From Octopus bimaculoides (Eukaryota), in assembly GCF_001194135.2 (NCBI RefSeq), contig NC_068982.1:43041490-43089030 (forward strand): a stretch of 47,541 nt of DNA. The letters run 5' to 3'. The notes beneath the pieces were generated by a model. That model searched no databases and was not told the DNA's origin. It saw nothing but the letters and a program-made list of their open reading frames with translations. Each line of letters starts with the position of its first letter. The first letter of the stretch is position 1. Both the position numbers and the translations under genes were made by a program. Below are positions 46,510 through 47,541 of this stretch, piece after piece.

Positions 46510-47541
46510 AGGAAAAAGGCCAGAAGTAAGAAAAGTACCCAATAATAAAAAGGCTCGCATGTACCTTCATATTTAAGCAATTATAACCCGGATGAACTTC
46601 ATTCTTGTTATTAGCGCCAATTTCTAACCGTCCTTTGTTTTCTTCATCGAACATTACAATCAATGTTTCATACCGAGAACAATTACTTTCTTATTCCTGT
46701 TCCAACAGGCTGTATTTTCCGACTTTTCAAATTCCAGTGCTTTTTTTCTCCCTAACCAATCAAATTCCGTCACTATATCTTTTTCCTACTGAATCCTATT
46801 CCCTGTTTCTAATTATTAAAATATCCACCTCATCCTCCTATGCATGGTTATAAAATTTATAATTCGATTGTATTCTACATCATATATTCAGTATTAAATA
46901 TTTAGATTCTTCTCTGTGGTAAATACCCTCTTTACTCTTCACTCGCTTATGTGGAGAAAAATAGCATTATATTAACACTATAATTTCTTACGTAACAAGC
47001 TCAAAGTGTTTTCTAGATGTATAAGCATAGTCAAGTGGGAGCTTGTGTTCTTTCAAGGGTTTACTGACGTTAATCAAGCGATTTCATTATTAAAACAGAA
47101 TCAGGTCATCGACTAGATTTGAAATGAAATTTTCACTCCTCTCTTAATGGGAATCACTGAAAAAAACCTTTGTAAAAGAATACACTAAACTGAAATAAGG
47201 CAGTGTATTATCAGTATTAAGATGAATTTCCTGCTATCAATATATTCTTTTGTTTTGCGTAATGTTTTTCGAAAACTTTCATTTGAATGAACTATTGTAA
47301 AGGGTATTAGAAACGATATAATTGCATCTTTGTAAGTAAAATGTTCGCAATCCCAATATACTATCAATAGTCTATTATACTATTTCAAACCATATTTTTC
47401 TAACCACCTGTGTAATTCAATGAGCAGTCAGCAATTAAACATAATTGAATGCAATTTTCTTAGGACTGCTCACCGTTCATTAACGCTGTAGAGTATATGT
47501 AAAACACGCACGCGCACACACACACTCTCTCTCTCTCTCTC

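Overview
AT-rich, microsatellite-dense eukaryotic genomic DNA with six assembly gaps (595-1035, 19462-19521, 21862-22197, 22524-22533, 22774-22873, 42847-43815). The dominant tRNA-derived SINEs look, from memory and without a database check, like octopus (coleoid cephalopod) repeats, so this is most likely an intergenic or intronic Octopus region. I found no supportable host protein-coding gene; nearly all ORFs in the track are microsatellite, N-run or transposon artefacts. Recognisable content: more than 25 SINE copies from three families; decayed LINEs (R4/Dong-like x2, HERO-like REL-endonuclease x2, L1/Tx1, CR1/L2, RTE with C2H2 fingers); a TIR- and TSD-bounded hAT/Charlie element; a mariner nested in a hAT MITE; small MITEs carrying TTAGGG repeats; and an inverted interstitial telomeric array built around a hairpin. 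The most notable observation is two unrelated 600-730 bp near-perfect palindromes (1353-2083, 44150-44749). Each arm carries a type-I hammerhead-ribozyme motif with a palindromic stem III, as in Penelope-like elements, so each element is a fold-back with mirrored ribozymes.
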